A stretch of DNA of 64,000 nucleotides from contig DF236973.1 in assembly GCA_000708835.1 (NCBI GenBank), positions 232,699 to 296,698 of the forward strand. The letters are read 5' to 3'. The stretch is from Klebsormidium nitens (Eukaryota > Plantae > Klebsormidiophyceae). This document shows positions 62,801-64,000 of the stretch, piece by piece. Positions within the stretch are counted from its first letter, which is position 1. Every line of letters starts with the position of its first letter. The position numbers and the translations under genes were made by a program. The notes under the pieces were generated by a model. It was not told where the DNA came from, did not search any database, and was given only the letters and a program-made list of their open reading frames with translations.

Positions 62801-63869
62801 GGAGCCTCGGGTGGCTCGGGGAATGGATGGTGGTTTTTGTGGGGGGATGCAGTGAAAAGTTAGTCGGCGGGTCCCGGAGGATCATGTGCGGATTGCTCGT
62901 TCGTGAGACAAGCAATACGACCATTCTTGAGAGGTTCTTGCAGCTTTGCGTTCTTTCCACCGAGGAGCCTTCAAGGAGCCTCTACGAAGTAACTGGAGAG
63001 ATTCTCAGAATAGGGCAAAGTGAAGGTAGCAATCTGATTGTGAAGACCTCTGCAAATTCAGCTCTGCGTTGTCCCGTAGGAGGGAGAGGTGACCATAATC
63101 AAGCAAACAAGCAGTTCAGAAAATGAACCCTTTCTCACCACTTAGCAAGCTTGCAGAAGACCCAAGCCCGCAGGCGACTTTCGGGGCCGCTTATCTTTCA
63201 ATAGGGCTGACGTCAGCCGCCCTGCCCTCTCAGGGCGACGCTGCAGCCACCAACAGTCTCCTACTCAGCGGTCTCCACTGGCTGGCGGCAAACTCCCGAC
63301 ATCAACCCCCGCTAAGACCCTTGAACCTCCCCAATCTCACGCGAGCCTTCTTACGTCCCCTTCTCAACGAAGTCGACCAAAGCTCGGCGGGCCCTGCAAA
63401 CCGGATTCCCGCCTTCAACGCCGCGCTTGAAACGGCCGAGAAGGCTGTTAACAAGGCCCTCTCCGAAGCGCCCCTGAACTGGCCGCCCCCGGAAGTGGAT
63501 GCTTACGAAGGGCCCCGGAAATGGGCGCTCCAGGGCCTGCCACGTGTTGGGTGGAGCGCGCGCCCAGGGCCGTCGGATGCCGCCATCGGACGGCTGAGGG
63601 CGGCCAGGCTGCCCGCCTTCGGAGAGTTTCAGGAGCGCTTTGAAATTGAGGATGCGAATAGAGCGAGAGGAAGTGTGAATAAGCTCTTGGCAACGGTTAT
63701 GGGGGGGCGGGAAAACGATGCGGCGGTGCAGAGAGAAGGGAAGAGGCTGCTTGAGAAGGGGAGAATGGCATACGGGCCGGAAGGGGGGGTGTGGTACCAG
63801 CCAGACTGGGGGGCCATTCTTGAGGTGAGCGAGGGGGGTCCACGAAGAAAAGAGAACGAATGCGCATGA
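50888..63869 (+). CDS. SAC3B: SAC3/GANP family TREX-2 scaffold protein, plant SAC3B type, with FG-rich N-terminus; probably continues past the window
   Basis: FG-rich first exon to about 52050. Exon 52493-52668 gives GPIVGTCQDMCH, and the next exon gives EERDRR...LDVFERLDGD...DLCVRK. Later exons give RPVPVLRRTMDHLL...FLWDRTRGIRQDM, IRFHILGAHELC...NIEQ...EPEFRAYYLLL, RSPEVHFA, YFRLVHEATYLQACLMH and EDEVEPFLEYYG. The C-terminal LLSGLHWLA...AFNAAL...WPPPEV...LPRVGWS matches plant SAC3B. A donor GAG|GTGAGC at 63824/63825 suggests further exons. Confidence 0.95.
53718..53804. repeat. Perfect 41-bp tandem duplication in a SAC3B intron
   Basis: CTCTCCCTACTGTTCGTGCACCTCTCCCCGCTAGCCTCTAG at 53718-53758 and 53764-53804. 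Confidence 0.9.
55138..55558 (+). repeat. Exon-end-plus-donor tandem array in a SAC3B intron (functional copy plus 3 progressively decayed copies)
   Basis: TTGACACCGA.CC.GAGTT.CGGGCGT.CTAC... units start near 55138, 55260, 55383 and 55517. The functional donor is at 55209. Confidence 0.92.
59041..59272 (+). repeat. Single decayed copy of an acceptor-plus-exon-start in a SAC3B intron
   Basis: 59052-59121 (ATGCCGCCGCCTCTTCTC...GCAACCGCCCTCCTT) aligns with the exon start at 59201 (GTGCCACCGCTTCGTCTC...GCAACCGCCCTCCTT). Confidence 0.75.
59985..60870 (+). repeat. Acceptor-plus-exon-start tandem array in a SAC3B intron (functional copy plus about 5 decayed copies)
   Basis: AG|GC.GCGCTGGAAGAGAAGAA.CGGCG units near 59996, 60132, 60303, 60451 and 60612, with the functional exon starting at 60778 (AALEEKKRRQAAALRRLVVFLCKKSVEE). 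Confidence 0.9.
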
Positions 63870-64000
63870 ATGTTGAGTCCCGAATGGAGTAGAGCCTAGC
63901 ACGCTCCAAGCAATCAAGAAAGGGTACTTGGAAAAGTCGGGCCAGTGTTCTTTTGCCCACAATATTTCTATCGTCCGGCAGCCCTGGCGGAATCCCTAAG

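Overview
Intron-rich eukaryotic genomic DNA with GT-AG introns and plant-type orthologues. It is most likely a streptophyte green alga such as Klebsormidium, which is an inference and not a database match. The ORF track is mostly misleading, so genes were rebuilt by hand from splice sites and reading frames. In order, the window holds: the 3' half of a SNF2/RAD5-16-type helicase (+); a two-TM protein with DEG/ENaC- or Erv41/46-like topology interrupted by one in-frame TAG (+); a multi-exon Cys-rich, probably secreted protein (-); an MBD protein with three AT-hooks (-); an intronless SAM methyltransferase (+); a 903-bp non-autonomous TIR element; a GT25-like glycosyltransferase (-); a GTAC-rich repeat around a 470-N gap; and nucleoporin GP210/NUP210 (-) head-to-head with SAC3B/GANP (+). 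The most unusual signal is six intronic arrays, in four unrelated genes, made of decayed tandem copies of the gene's own exon-intron junction. Acceptor copies lie upstream of the real acceptor and donor copies lie downstream of the real donor, with up to seven extra copies at one junction.
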